Assembly: GCA_017651465.1 (NCBI GenBank)
Contig: JAGCCX010000049.1
Span: 4,909-68,908 of the forward strand
Length of the DNA: 64,000 bases
Source: Bacteroidales bacterium
Lineage (GTDB): Bacteria > Bacteroidota > Bacteroidia > Bacteroidales > UBA932
Reading direction: 5' to 3'
The translations under genes were made by a program, and so were the position numbers. This document shows, one piece after another, positions 26,271 through 34,366 of the stretch. Under the pieces are notes generated by a model. The model was not told the origin of the DNA. It saw only the letters and a program-made list of their open reading frames with translations, and did not search any database. Position 1 is the stretch's first letter. The number at the start of each line of letters is the position of its first letter.

Positions 26271-27777
26271 TAAGCTCCGAGGCTTTCTGTATCAATTCTA
26301 CGAGGGCGGAGCGCAGACCTAGAGGGTCGATGTTCCCGCCCGGTTTGCTTTCCGGCTTGATGAGGTCTTCAGCCATACTCAGGCTTGCGGTGCCTTTGTA
26401 TTCGGAGTTCCTGAGAGTGAGGGCGTAGGCGGCAAGGCCAGCGGCGAAGTTGAACTCTGCCGAAGGCTTGAAGCCGTCATAGGTCGGTATGCCTGTGTTA
26501 GTGCTCAGCAAGAAGCTGTCTTCGCCCAGCCGCTTTTTGTATCTGACCTCGATTATGGCGGCGTTGGCAGCCATAGTATATGTCTCGGAAGGGATAAGCT
26601 CATAGAGGGCGGTAATTGTCTGACCTGCACCTATTTCGCCGGCGTCTTTCTTGTCGTCGTTAAACTCTTCGCTGGACATAAGGCGGTTCTCGTAGCCTAT
26701 CAGGCGGTAGCTGTCGACGTTCTCCGTAAATTTCACCTGGCATTTGGTGTCGTTGGCCACGGAGTAGAAGCGGGAGCGCTCGTGCACGAAAACCTTCATC
26801 ATCTCGTCTTCGCAGTCGATATAGGTGTATGTGCCGTTGCCGTGGTTGGAGAGATTCTCCATCCGGGAGTCTTGGTAATTGCCTGTGCCGAAGCCCATTA
26901 TGCTTAAGTAGATGCCTTTGTCGAGGTAGCTCTCCACCATCTCCACGAGCTCTTCGGTGGAACTCACGCCCACGTTGAAGTCGCCGTCAGTGCACATTAT
27001 GATGCGGTTGTTGCCGCCCTTGACGAAGTTTTCCACAGCCTCCTCGTAGGCCATTTTCATAGCCGCTCCGCCGGCCGTGGAGCCGCTGGCTGTGAGACTT
27101 TTGATTTTATTCTTGATCTTCTCGGCATCTTTTACATAAGTGGAACCGAGTTCTTTGCTTACTTTGCCGGAATAGGTGATGAGCGCCACCTTGTCGGTGG
27201 GACGCATTTGGTCAAGCATATTGCACAGGCCGCTTTTGAGCAGTTCTATCCTGTCCGGCCCAGCCATTGAACCGGAGGTATCGACGAGCAGGATATAGTT
27301 GGCATCGGGCATATCGGCCTCCTTCAATTCTTTGCCTTTCAGCCCTATACGCAGCAGCTTATGGCCTTCGGCCCAGGGGCAGTCGCCGATTTCGGCGTTG
27401 AGGGCGAGCGCATCGTCCCCCTGCGGGGAGGGATAGTCGAAAGTAAAGTAGTTCAGAAATTCCTCGGTGCGTATGGCGTCAGGGGAAGGAATCCGTCCGT
27501 CGGATATGCACCTTCTCATATATGCATAAGAAGCTCCGTCTGCGTCGATTGAGAACGTTGAGAGCGGCTGCTCGGACACTTTGATGAAGGGATTCTCGAT
27601 TATCTTGTCAAAGTTGTCGCCGCTTCCCTCCGGACCGGGATCGGGGCCGCCGATACTATTGACCATATTTGAATCGGAAGGGAAAAAGTCGGGGCCCATA
27701 AAGCCGTGATCTTTGCTGCAAGATAATGCAAAAAACAGAATGGAGGTGCAAACAAAGAGTTTGAATATGTTTTTCAT
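26260..27777 (-). CDS. von Willebrand factor type A domain lipoprotein (YfbK-like)
   Basis: Lipobox FALSC. MIDAS motif LLVDTSGSMAG. 505 aa, with a C-terminal region like that of vWA/DUF3520 proteins. Confidence 0.87.
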   Translation of the reverse strand: MKNIFKLFVCTSILFFALSCSKDHGFMGPDFFPSDSNMVNSIGGPDPGPEGSGDNFDKIIENPFIKVSEQPLSTFSIDADGASYAYMRRCISDGRIPSPDAIRTEEFLNYFTFDYPSPQGDDALALNAEIGDCPWAEGHKLLRIGLKGKELKEADMPDANYILLVDTSGSMAGPDRIELLKSGLCNMLDQMRPTDKVALITYSGKVSKELGSTYVKDAEKIKNKIKSLTASGSTAGGAAMKMAYEEAVENFVKGGNNRIIMCTDGDFNVGVSSTEELVEMVESYLDKGIYLSIMGFGTGNYQDSRMENLSNHGNGTYTYIDCEDEMMKVFVHERSRFYSVANDTKCQVKFTENVDSYRLIGYENRLMSSEEFNDDKKDAGEIGAGQTITALYELIPSETYTMAANAAIIEVRYKKRLGEDSFLLSTNTGIPTYDGFKPSAEFNFAAGLAAYALTLRNSEYKGTASLSMAEDLIKPESKPGGNIDPLGLRSALVELIQKASELIKD

Positions 27778-27882
27778 AAATATTGAGTATTTTTACAAGG
27801 TAAATCCGGCGGCCGGCGTTTTCTTGCATCGTTGATAAAATTATTTTTCAGGTGCAAGATTTTCACTTCCTGCGGGTTTAAG

Positions 27883-28581
27883 ATGCAGATGAAAAAACTA
27901 GTTAGACATATTGCTCTGTTTTTACTGCTCTGTACAGTTGCCGGAGCCTGCAGTAAGGGCGTTTATGACCCGGATGAAGGCCGTTACACCCCGGGATATT
28001 ATTCTGATTCTTCACCGCACGAAGCCGACGTTACTTTTCTTGCTACCATCACAAAAGATTCCAAGGGTATTGTGTACCTTTTGTCAAACGGCCGCAGGAT
28101 AGAACCTTTAACGGCTCTGGATTATACTCGTCAGCAAAGGGTGATGGTCAAGGCCGACCTCTACCATAAAGGCGAAAGCATATTTGCAAAGGTCAAGTGG
28201 ATGGAGCCGCTCGACGAAGGGGTTTTTACCCACGATGCGTCTGTGCCCGGCAGCGACGGCCTGGATGTGGAACTGGATTCGAGTTTTACCGAGCTTGACG
28301 ACGGGTATCTTACCCTCTTTTATACCTCCTGGTGGGGAGAACATCCCGTCCACCACGACTTCTACCTGGTGAGCGGCCTCAAGCTTGATGACCCGTATTA
28401 CCTTGAACTGCGGCATAACGCTCACGGGGACGGAAAGTATTCGAAGGAAGACGGTATTATTTGTTTTGACATAAATTCGCTGCCTCCCACCGGAGACGAC
28501 ACGAAAACTATACACCTTAAGTGGAACACAATTGAAGGGAATGAAATAATAGCGTCCTTTGAGTTTAAAAGCAGGAAATAG
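27883..28581 (+). CDS. NigD-like lipoprotein (tentative)
   Basis: MQMKKLVRHIALFLLLCTVAGAC lipobox. ...DDGYLTLFY...HHDFYLV...LELRHNAHGD...ICFDINSL resembles the NigD-family pattern from memory. Confidence 0.55.
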   Translation: MQMKKLVRHIALFLLLCTVAGACSKGVYDPDEGRYTPGYYSDSSPHEADVTFLATITKDSKGIVYLLSNGRRIEPLTALDYTRQQRVMVKADLYHKGESIFAKVKWMEPLDEGVFTHDASVPGSDGLDVELDSSFTELDDGYLTLFYTSWWGEHPVHHDFYLVSGLKLDDPYYLELRHNAHGDGKYSKEDGIICFDINSLPPTGDDTKTIHLKWNTIEGNEIIASFEFKSRK

Positions 28582-29125
28582 CCTGAGCGAGAGGGAATTG
28601 GCGCGGCTTGTCGGAAACGGGGATCCCCGTGGCCAGAGGGAGTTGTACGAGCGGTACGCGCCCTACTTGAGTGCAGTGGCCTCTCGTTACCTCGGGCCTG
28701 GCGACTCAGTGAAGGACCTGCTTCAAGACGTATTCATCAAGGTGTTCGACCGGTTCGGCTTGTACCACTACAGGGGAGAGGGCTCGCTGAAGGCCTGGCT
28801 GTCGCGGATAGTTGTCAACGATTCGCTGCGCATCCTCCAGAAAAGCGACCGCCTCCTGCCGGTAGAAAACCTGCCCGAGCCCGCCCAGGACGAAGATCCC
28901 GACGTGGAGAATGTGCCTCTGGATGTGCTGCACGATATGATTGCCCGCCTGCCCGACGGATACCGTACGGTGTTCAACCTGTATGTGTTCGAGCAGAAGA
29001 AGCATAAAGACATTGCCGCGCTGCTCGGCATTAAGGAAAATTCATCAGCTTCCCAGCTGCTGCGCGCCAAGGCGCTGCTGGCAAAGGAGCTTAAAGAGTA
29101 TAGAAAATTACACGCAAATGGCTGA
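28559..29125 (+). CDS. ECF-type RNA polymerase sigma-70 factor
   Basis: Region 2 (LYERYAPYLSAVASRYL...DLLQDVFIKVF) and region 4 (LPDGYRTVFNLYVFEQKKHKDIAALLGIKENSSASQL). There is no ATG near the 5' end, so a TTG start (28559 or 28598) is assumed. Confidence 0.82.
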   Translation: MSLKAGNSLSERELARLVGNGDPRGQRELYERYAPYLSAVASRYLGPGDSVKDLLQDVFIKVFDRFGLYHYRGEGSLKAWLSRIVVNDSLRILQKSDRLLPVENLPEPAQDEDPDVENVPLDVLHDMIARLPDGYRTVFNLYVFEQKKHKDIAALLGIKENSSASQLLRAKALLAKELKEYRKLHANG

Positions 29126-30389
29126 AAAATGGAATGACAAGCTGCGAAAGCAGTTATCTACTTATACTCAGGCACCCCCCGAGGGAGTGTGGGATGCCGT
29201 CGAGGGGCATATTGCCCAAAAGCGCACTGCCGCTCCTTTCCCCTGGTGGTGGGCCCTTGCCGGTGCCGCCGCAGCCCTTGTGGCGCTGCTGATAATTGTG
29301 CGTCCCTCCTCACCGGATCAGTCGCCCTCGGCCGGTCCTGCGGTGGCCGAACTCACCGATACCGTGGTTACTCCTCCCGCAGGGATTGATACAGTGCTTG
29401 TAAACCCTGCCGAGCCCGGCAACCCGGTAGCGCCTGTCAACACTGGCGCCCCTGTTCGCTCCGTCGCTCCTAAAAGCTCCGCCGCCCCTATGAACTCCGT
29501 TGCCCCTGTAAACTCCGTCACCCCAGGGCACCGCGCCGTGTCGGGCGAGGCTGTAGCCGAAGCCCTCGAAGAAGAGCCCGCCACTACTCCCGCAGCCCAG
29601 GATACAACCTCCCGGGAGGAGCATTACGCAGTTAAAGATGATATCAATCCGAGGGAAGGACTCCCCGACGTATTCATTCCTGCCGACCGTCCGCTTCTTG
29701 CAGTCGCTTCTCCGGTACGTCCCCGGCCCAATATCTCGCTTGTCACTTCCGGCGCCCTCGGCGCAGTCCCTTCCAACACCATTGCCGAATACGGTATGTC
29801 CGGCACTATGCGTATGGCTTCTTCGCGCAGTATGTCACCGGTATCGTTATTGAGCCGCAACAAGAGCACGGTCACGGATATCAAGCACAGGCTGGTCTAT
29901 CGTGTGGGCCTGATGGCCAATGTGCCCCTGAGCCGCCACTGGAGCGTTGAGACGGGGCTTCAGTTGAGCCGCCTTGCTTCTGATGTCGTTTCGACTTCCG
30001 GCAGTATGACTTCAAGCACCCACACCGATATGCACTATTTCGGAGTGCCGCTTATGGCCGTCTATACACCTTGGTCGGGACGGCATCTGAGCGTGTACCT
30101 CTCGGCCGGCCCTTCGGTTGAATATGGATTCAGAAGCTCGGGAAACATACGAGAAGTGATAGGAAACCTTGCCCCCGTGGTGCGCAATATCGACAAGTAC
30201 GTGCCGGGCGACTTCATCTGGTCGGTCGGAGCTAATGTTGGCGCCCAGTGGGCATTCGGCAGTTTTGGCGCCCTGTTCGTTCAGCCCGGTGTATCGTGGC
30301 ATATAGCAGGCGAGAATTCTCCGGAGTCGTACTACACCGCCAATCCGGTAGCTTTCAACCTCTCCGGCGGCTTCAGGATCCTTTTCTAG
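29118..30389 (+). CDS. Anti-sigma-like single-pass membrane protein with Pro-rich linker and C-terminal OMP beta-barrel-like domain
   Basis: The ATG overlaps the sigma stop (ATGGCTGA). The TM segment is FPWWWALAGAAAALVALLIIV. The C-terminus has alternating hydrophobic beta-strand patterns and ends ...FNLSGGFRILF (terminal Phe). Confidence 0.7.
   Translation: MAEKWNDKLRKQLSTYTQAPPEGVWDAVEGHIAQKRTAAPFPWWWALAGAAAALVALLIIVRPSSPDQSPSAGPAVAELTDTVVTPPAGIDTVLVNPAEPGNPVAPVNTGAPVRSVAPKSSAAPMNSVAPVNSVTPGHRAVSGEAVAEALEEEPATTPAAQDTTSREEHYAVKDDINPREGLPDVFIPADRPLLAVASPVRPRPNISLVTSGALGAVPSNTIAEYGMSGTMRMASSRSMSPVSLLSRNKSTVTDIKHRLVYRVGLMANVPLSRHWSVETGLQLSRLASDVVSTSGSMTSSTHTDMHYFGVPLMAVYTPWSGRHLSVYLSAGPSVEYGFRSSGNIREVIGNLAPVVRNIDKYVPGDFIWSVGANVGAQWAFGSFGALFVQPGVSWHIAGENSPESYYTANPVAFNLSGGFRILF
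29420..29525 (+). repeat. Imperfect short tandem repeats coding a Pro/Ala/Val/Asn/Ser-rich linker
   Basis: The protein reads NPVAPVNTGAPVRSVAPKSSAAPMNSVAPVNSVTP. The DNA shows repeated ...ctccgt(c/t)gc(t/c)cct... units. Confidence 0.5.
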
Positions 30390-30459
30390 AGTTTCGCCCG
30401 AAAGGTGAACCGAGGCTACGATGCCACTCTTGTTCTGACAGCCAAAAACCAGACCGGTT

Positions 30460-31533
30460 TTAACCGCTTTGCAGCCGCTTGAGGTTGCAGAGTATCAGGC
30501 GTCCCTGCTCGTCGCGCAGGTGCATTCCGTTGCCAAGGCACCACTTCCACCATTTGCAGTCCGCGCATTCACGGGTGCGGAAAGGGGAGTGGTCGCGGTA
30601 TATGCCGAAACGGTTCTCCCACACGTCGATGAAGTCGTCCGTGTAGATGTTGCCCTGGTCGTAATGGGAGCGTATGCTGTTGCAGCCGGAGATGGCGCCG
30701 TCGATGCGCACCGAGGCTATGCTCAGGCCGGCCTGACAACTGAACAGGTGGTCGCGCACCTTGCCCTCATAAGGCCCCAGGAAGCCCTCACAGCCGTAGC
30801 TCAGGTGTATGCGGCCCTCCTTGCGGGTAGCCACTATGAAGTCCATCAGGGCGCGGTACTGCTCATCGCTGATTTGCAATTCGGGGTCGGTGGCGGCACG
30901 TCCTACGGGGAACACGGTAAAAATGCGCCAGTACTTGAGCCCGAGCGATATCAGGTACTCTTTGATTTCGTTCAGGCTGGGGAAATTGCGCCGGTTTACG
31001 CAAGTCACCACGTCGAATGCTATGGAAGACTCCGCGGCAAGTATCTTGATGGCCTGCGAAGCATAGGAAAATGCATCCGGAACGCCCCTCATCCAGTTAT
31101 GGTCTTCCTCCAGCCCGTCCAGGCTGATGGTGGCGCTGCGCATACCCGCCCTGAGCAGCTGCTCAATTCTACCCGGGCTCATCAGTCGTCCATTGGACAC
31201 CATCCCCCAGGGGAATTCAAGCTCATAAATGCGCCGGGCGCAGTTTACGATATCTTCCCGCACAAGGGGCTCGCCGCCCGAGAGGATGATCAGGATCTTG
31301 TGGGAGTCGTATTTTTCCTTGATCCGCAGCAGCACCTTCTCGAAGTCGCCGAAGGGCATATCGGGATGGAGGGTGGAAACCTTGCAGTCGCTGCCGCAGT
31401 GGCGGCATTTCATATTGCAGCGCAGGGTACATTCCCAAAACAGCTGCATCAAGGGGTGCTCTTTGGCCTCCTCCTTGATGAAGCTGCTGTTGAGGTTCAG
31501 CGTAATCCGCTGCTTTAGGCTGGGGAAAGACAT
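30460..31533 (-). CDS. Radical SAM / SPASM-domain enzyme (rSAM/lipoprotein-system type)
   Basis: CxxxCxxC motif in ECTLRCNMKCRHCGSDC. The Cys-rich C-terminal SPASM region is SCQAG...GCNS...CADCKWWKWCLG...LCN. The start shares one nucleotide with the upstream lipoprotein stop (TAATG). Confidence 0.9.
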   Translation of the reverse strand: MSFPSLKQRITLNLNSSFIKEEAKEHPLMQLFWECTLRCNMKCRHCGSDCKVSTLHPDMPFGDFEKVLLRIKEKYDSHKILIILSGGEPLVREDIVNCARRIYELEFPWGMVSNGRLMSPGRIEQLLRAGMRSATISLDGLEEDHNWMRGVPDAFSYASQAIKILAAESSIAFDVVTCVNRRNFPSLNEIKEYLISLGLKYWRIFTVFPVGRAATDPELQISDEQYRALMDFIVATRKEGRIHLSYGCEGFLGPYEGKVRDHLFSCQAGLSIASVRIDGAISGCNSIRSHYDQGNIYTDDFIDVWENRFGIYRDHSPFRTRECADCKWWKWCLGNGMHLRDEQGRLILCNLKRLQSG

Positions 31534-31727
31534 TATTCCGCCTTTTCGGTTTCTTCCCCTGCGCTTTCTTCCTCGGCCTCGACCTCGTCTTCAGCCTTGG
31601 TGGATTCTGTCTGCTCGGTGGATTCGACCTCCTGATACTCTATTATGCCGGGAGCAGGCCCGTAGCAAGCCGTAAACAGGTTCAGTCCGAGAAACACCAG
31701 CAGTAGTTTGAAAAAAGCTTTTTTCAT
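31533..31727 (-). CDS. Small lipoprotein partner of the radical SAM enzyme (64 aa, acidic tail)
   Basis: MKKAFFKLLLVFLGLNLFTAC lipobox, then YGPAPGIIEYQEVE and a Glu/Thr/Ser-rich tail. Translationally coupled to the rSAM gene. Confidence 0.75.
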   Translation of the reverse strand: MKKAFFKLLLVFLGLNLFTACYGPAPGIIEYQEVESTEQTESTKAEDEVEAEEESAGEETEKAE

Positions 31728-31777
31728 GGTACTGCAATAATAGACATTTTGCGCTTGAATTCAAAATACTTTTTTCG

Positions 31778-31785
31778 TATCTTTG
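31778..31785 (+). promoter_or_regulatory. -7 promoter box (TATCTTTG) for RNase HI/pfkA
   Basis: TAnnTTTG, 12 nt upstream of the ATG at 31798. Confidence 0.45.
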
Positions 31786-31797
31786 AACATTGCCTTT

Positions 31798-32220
31798 ATG
31801 ATCGATTACATCATATACACAGACGGAGGCTATTCCACCAGCAACAACGTAGGGTCGGGCGCTTATATCATCCTTAAGTCCGACGGTCAGACGCTGGTAA
31901 AGCAAGACTCTTTCGTTGTCCGGAAAGAGACCAGCCAGCGTGTCGAGCTGATGGCCATCCTCGCCGCAGTGGACGCCCTCCCCGACCGTTGCTGCGCCCG
32001 CATCTGCACCGACTATCTGGCCGCCACCCTCTCGCTCGGCAAGGCGCCGCGCCGCAAGAACCAGCCCGACCAGGACCTCCTCATCCGCTACAAGCAACTG
32101 GTCAGGCGCAAGAAACTCCTTATTGAATTCAAATGGGTCCGCAGCCACATCGGCCACGGCTGGAACGAACTCTGCGACAGTCTCTGCACCGAGGCTCTCG
32201 CTCTTGCTGAAAGTAATTAG
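31798..32220 (+). CDS. rnhA: Ribonuclease HI-family protein
   Basis: Contains YTDGGYSTSNNVGSGAYIIL...ETSQRVELMAILAAV...ICTDY...WVRSHIGHGWNELCDSL, the RNase H type-1 D-E-D-D pattern. First ATG at 31798. Confidence 0.82.
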   Translation: MIDYIIYTDGGYSTSNNVGSGAYIILKSDGQTLVKQDSFVVRKETSQRVELMAILAAVDALPDRCCARICTDYLAATLSLGKAPRRKNQPDQDLLIRYKQLVRRKKLLIEFKWVRSHIGHGWNELCDSLCTEALALAESN

Positions 32221-32223
32221 TTT

Positions 32224-33213
32224 ATGGAAAGAACCATCAAGACCATCGGCGTACTCACATCCGGAGGCGATGCTCCCGGTATGAACGCCGCCATCCGCGC
32301 CGTCACGCGCACGGCCCGCTATCACGACATCAACGTAGTCGGTATAATGCGCGGCTACCAGGGGCTGATCGAGAAGGAATTTGTGAAATTCACCTCCTCG
32401 TCGGTGTCGAACACCATCCAGCGCGGAGGCACCATCCTCAAGACTGCCCGCTGCGGAGAGTTTATGACCCCCGAGGGGCGCAGAAAGGCCTACGACAATA
32501 TGGTTGAGGCAGGAATCGACGCCCTGGTGGTGATAGGCGGCAACGGCTCGCTTACCGGTGCGCAGCTGTTCGCCAAGGAGTACGATCTCCCCATCATCGG
32601 ACTCCCGGGCACCATCGACAACGACCTCTACGGTACCGACTACACCATAGGCTACGACTCGGCGCTGAACACCATAGTGCAGTGCGTCGATAAGATCCGT
32701 GACACCGCCAACAGCCACGACCGCATCTTTTTTGTGGAAGTTATGGGACGGGACGCCGGCTTCCTGGCGCAGAACAGCGCCATAGCTTCCGGTGCTGAGG
32801 CGGCCATCATTCCGGAAGGGGACACCGACGTTGACCAGCTGGCGGCTTTCATCGAGCGCGGCAAGCGCAAGAGCAAGAACAGCGCCATAGTGCTGGTGAG
32901 CGAGGCGCAGAAGAACGGAGTGGGCGGCGCGATGTACTATGCCGAGAGGATACGTAACGAGTATCCCCAGTTCGACGCCCGCGTCACTATCCTGGGCCAC
33001 CTGCAGAGGGGCGGAATGCCCACCGCCTACGACCGCATCCTGGCCTCGCGTATGGGCTACGCGGCCATAGAGGCCCTTATGGAGGGGCAGCGCAACGTGA
33101 TGATAGGCATCAAGAACGACGAGATAGTTTACGTCCCCATCTCCCGCGCCGTCAAGAACAACAAGCCCATTGACTCGGAGCTCATATCCGTCCTCAACGT
33201 GCTCTCTATGTAA
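32224..33213 (+). CDS. pfkA: ATP-dependent 6-phosphofructokinase
   Basis: Contains [20 protein letters not shown]...[11 protein letters not shown]...[21 protein letters not shown]...MGRDAGF. Confidence 0.95.
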   Translation: MERTIKTIGVLTSGGDAPGMNAAIRAVTRTARYHDINVVGIMRGYQGLIEKEFVKFTSSSVSNTIQRGGTILKTARCGEFMTPEGRRKAYDNMVEAGIDALVVIGGNGSLTGAQLFAKEYDLPIIGLPGTIDNDLYGTDYTIGYDSALNTIVQCVDKIRDTANSHDRIFFVEVMGRDAGFLAQNSAIASGAEAAIIPEGDTDVDQLAAFIERGKRKSKNSAIVLVSEAQKNGVGGAMYYAERIRNEYPQFDARVTILGHLQRGGMPTAYDRILASRMGYAAIEALMEGQRNVMIGIKNDEIVYVPISRAVKNNKPIDSELISVLNVLSM

Positions 33214-33223
33214 TTCTACCGCT

Positions 33224-34360
33224 ATGGACAGAAGGGATTTCTTTAAATATTCGGCAACCGGCCTTGTGGGCCTTTCGCTGCTCGGGCGCTTGGGGGAAGG
33301 GTCTGCCGAGGCTTGCAAGCGTGATCGTTATTCCGTTGTAATTCTTGGAGATACTCACTACGACGCTCCCGATCCCGAACTCTATCACGCCGGTTACACC
33401 GACCCCAATCCCACGAGGGAGGCAAACCACCGCAGGGAGTTCGTGCGTAACGGGCAGATGTGGTCGGGACGCAGCCGCGAACTCATCAAGCGCGCGGCTT
33501 GCCTTGTGGACGAGAATACCCGATTCGTGCTCCAGATGGGGGACCTCATCCAGGGCGACACGGCCGACGCAGACACGCACAAGCGTTTCCTCGGCGACGC
33601 AATGAATCTGTTCAAGACAGAAGTGGCTCCCGACCTGCCTTTCGTCACCGTGCCCGGTAACCACGACCTGCGCGGCAACGATGATGCCGTTTGCACCGCG
33701 GCCTACTTCGAGTATATGAACAAAAGGATGTCGGAGGAGCTGGGAATGGAACTCAGCGGCCCCAATTTCCTTTTCCGCAGCGGCCCCGATGCCTTCGTGG
33801 TAATTAACTTTACCAAACCTAACGTGGAGAATATCACCAGCGTGCTCGAACAGGCCAGAGGCTCGAGGCACGTGTTCGTGGTAGTGCACAGTCCGGTTTT
33901 CCCCTACGACGACGAAAAATACTACTGGTGGTATCTTCTGGGCAATCGCAAAGACTCTCGGGCTGCTGAGCGCCGCAAGATGCGCGCACTTCTGGCGTCA
34001 CTCAACGCCATAGTCCTCTGTGGGCATACCCATAACACCGAGTTCCTCGACTGGCGGGGCGACGGGGGCCGTATCACCCAGATGACAATGAGCAGCGTAT
34101 GGCGCACTGACGAGCAGGCTACCTATACCGAAATTGCATCCGGAGCCAAAGAGTATTGCACCTTGTTGTTCAAGGAGAACCCCGATCTTGAAACCGAGGC
34201 CAACCTGGACCTGTTCGACGAGTACCGTGCCGGCATCCGCCAGTACAGTTTGTCCCCGGCGGCCGGCTCCTATAAGCTCATAGTCGACGGCGCCCACGTT
34301 TACGTGGACTTTTACGCCGGTGCTTCGCCGCGCCGCTCCAGGCGCTTCACGCTCCGCTAG
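33224..34360 (+). CDS. Tat-signal calcineurin-like metallophosphoesterase
   Basis: Twin-arginine signal MDRRDFFKYSATGLVGLSLL. Phosphoesterase motifs ILGDTHYD, MGDLIQGD, VPGNHD and CGHTHN. Confidence 0.85.
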   Translation: MDRRDFFKYSATGLVGLSLLGRLGEGSAEACKRDRYSVVILGDTHYDAPDPELYHAGYTDPNPTREANHRREFVRNGQMWSGRSRELIKRAACLVDENTRFVLQMGDLIQGDTADADTHKRFLGDAMNLFKTEVAPDLPFVTVPGNHDLRGNDDAVCTAAYFEYMNKRMSEELGMELSGPNFLFRSGPDAFVVINFTKPNVENITSVLEQARGSRHVFVVVHSPVFPYDDEKYYWWYLLGNRKDSRAAERRKMRALLASLNAIVLCGHTHNTEFLDWRGDGGRITQMTMSSVWRTDEQATYTEIASGAKEYCTLLFKENPDLETEANLDLFDEYRAGIRQYSLSPAAGSYKLIVDGAHVYVDFYAGASPRRSRRFTLR

Positions 34361-34366
34361 CGGAGG

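Noticed and set aside
30389-30460. Terminator hairpin between the beta-barrel gene and the rSAM gene (aaaacc...ggtttt)
   Set aside because: The 6-bp A/T-rich stem is too weak to call with confidence.
31533-31727. Homology between the rSAM-associated lipoprotein (YGPAPGIIEY + acidic tail) and the sORF family (YxPP... + acidic tail)
   Set aside because: The resemblance is compositional only. There is no gapless motif alignment, the lipoprotein has a signal peptide and lipobox that the sORFs lack, and the genomic contexts differ.
31591-33318. 575-aa minus-strand ORF opposite RNase HI and pfkA
   Set aside because: It is a shadow ORF overlapping two well-supported plus-strand genes and part of the rSAM-associated lipoprotein gene.
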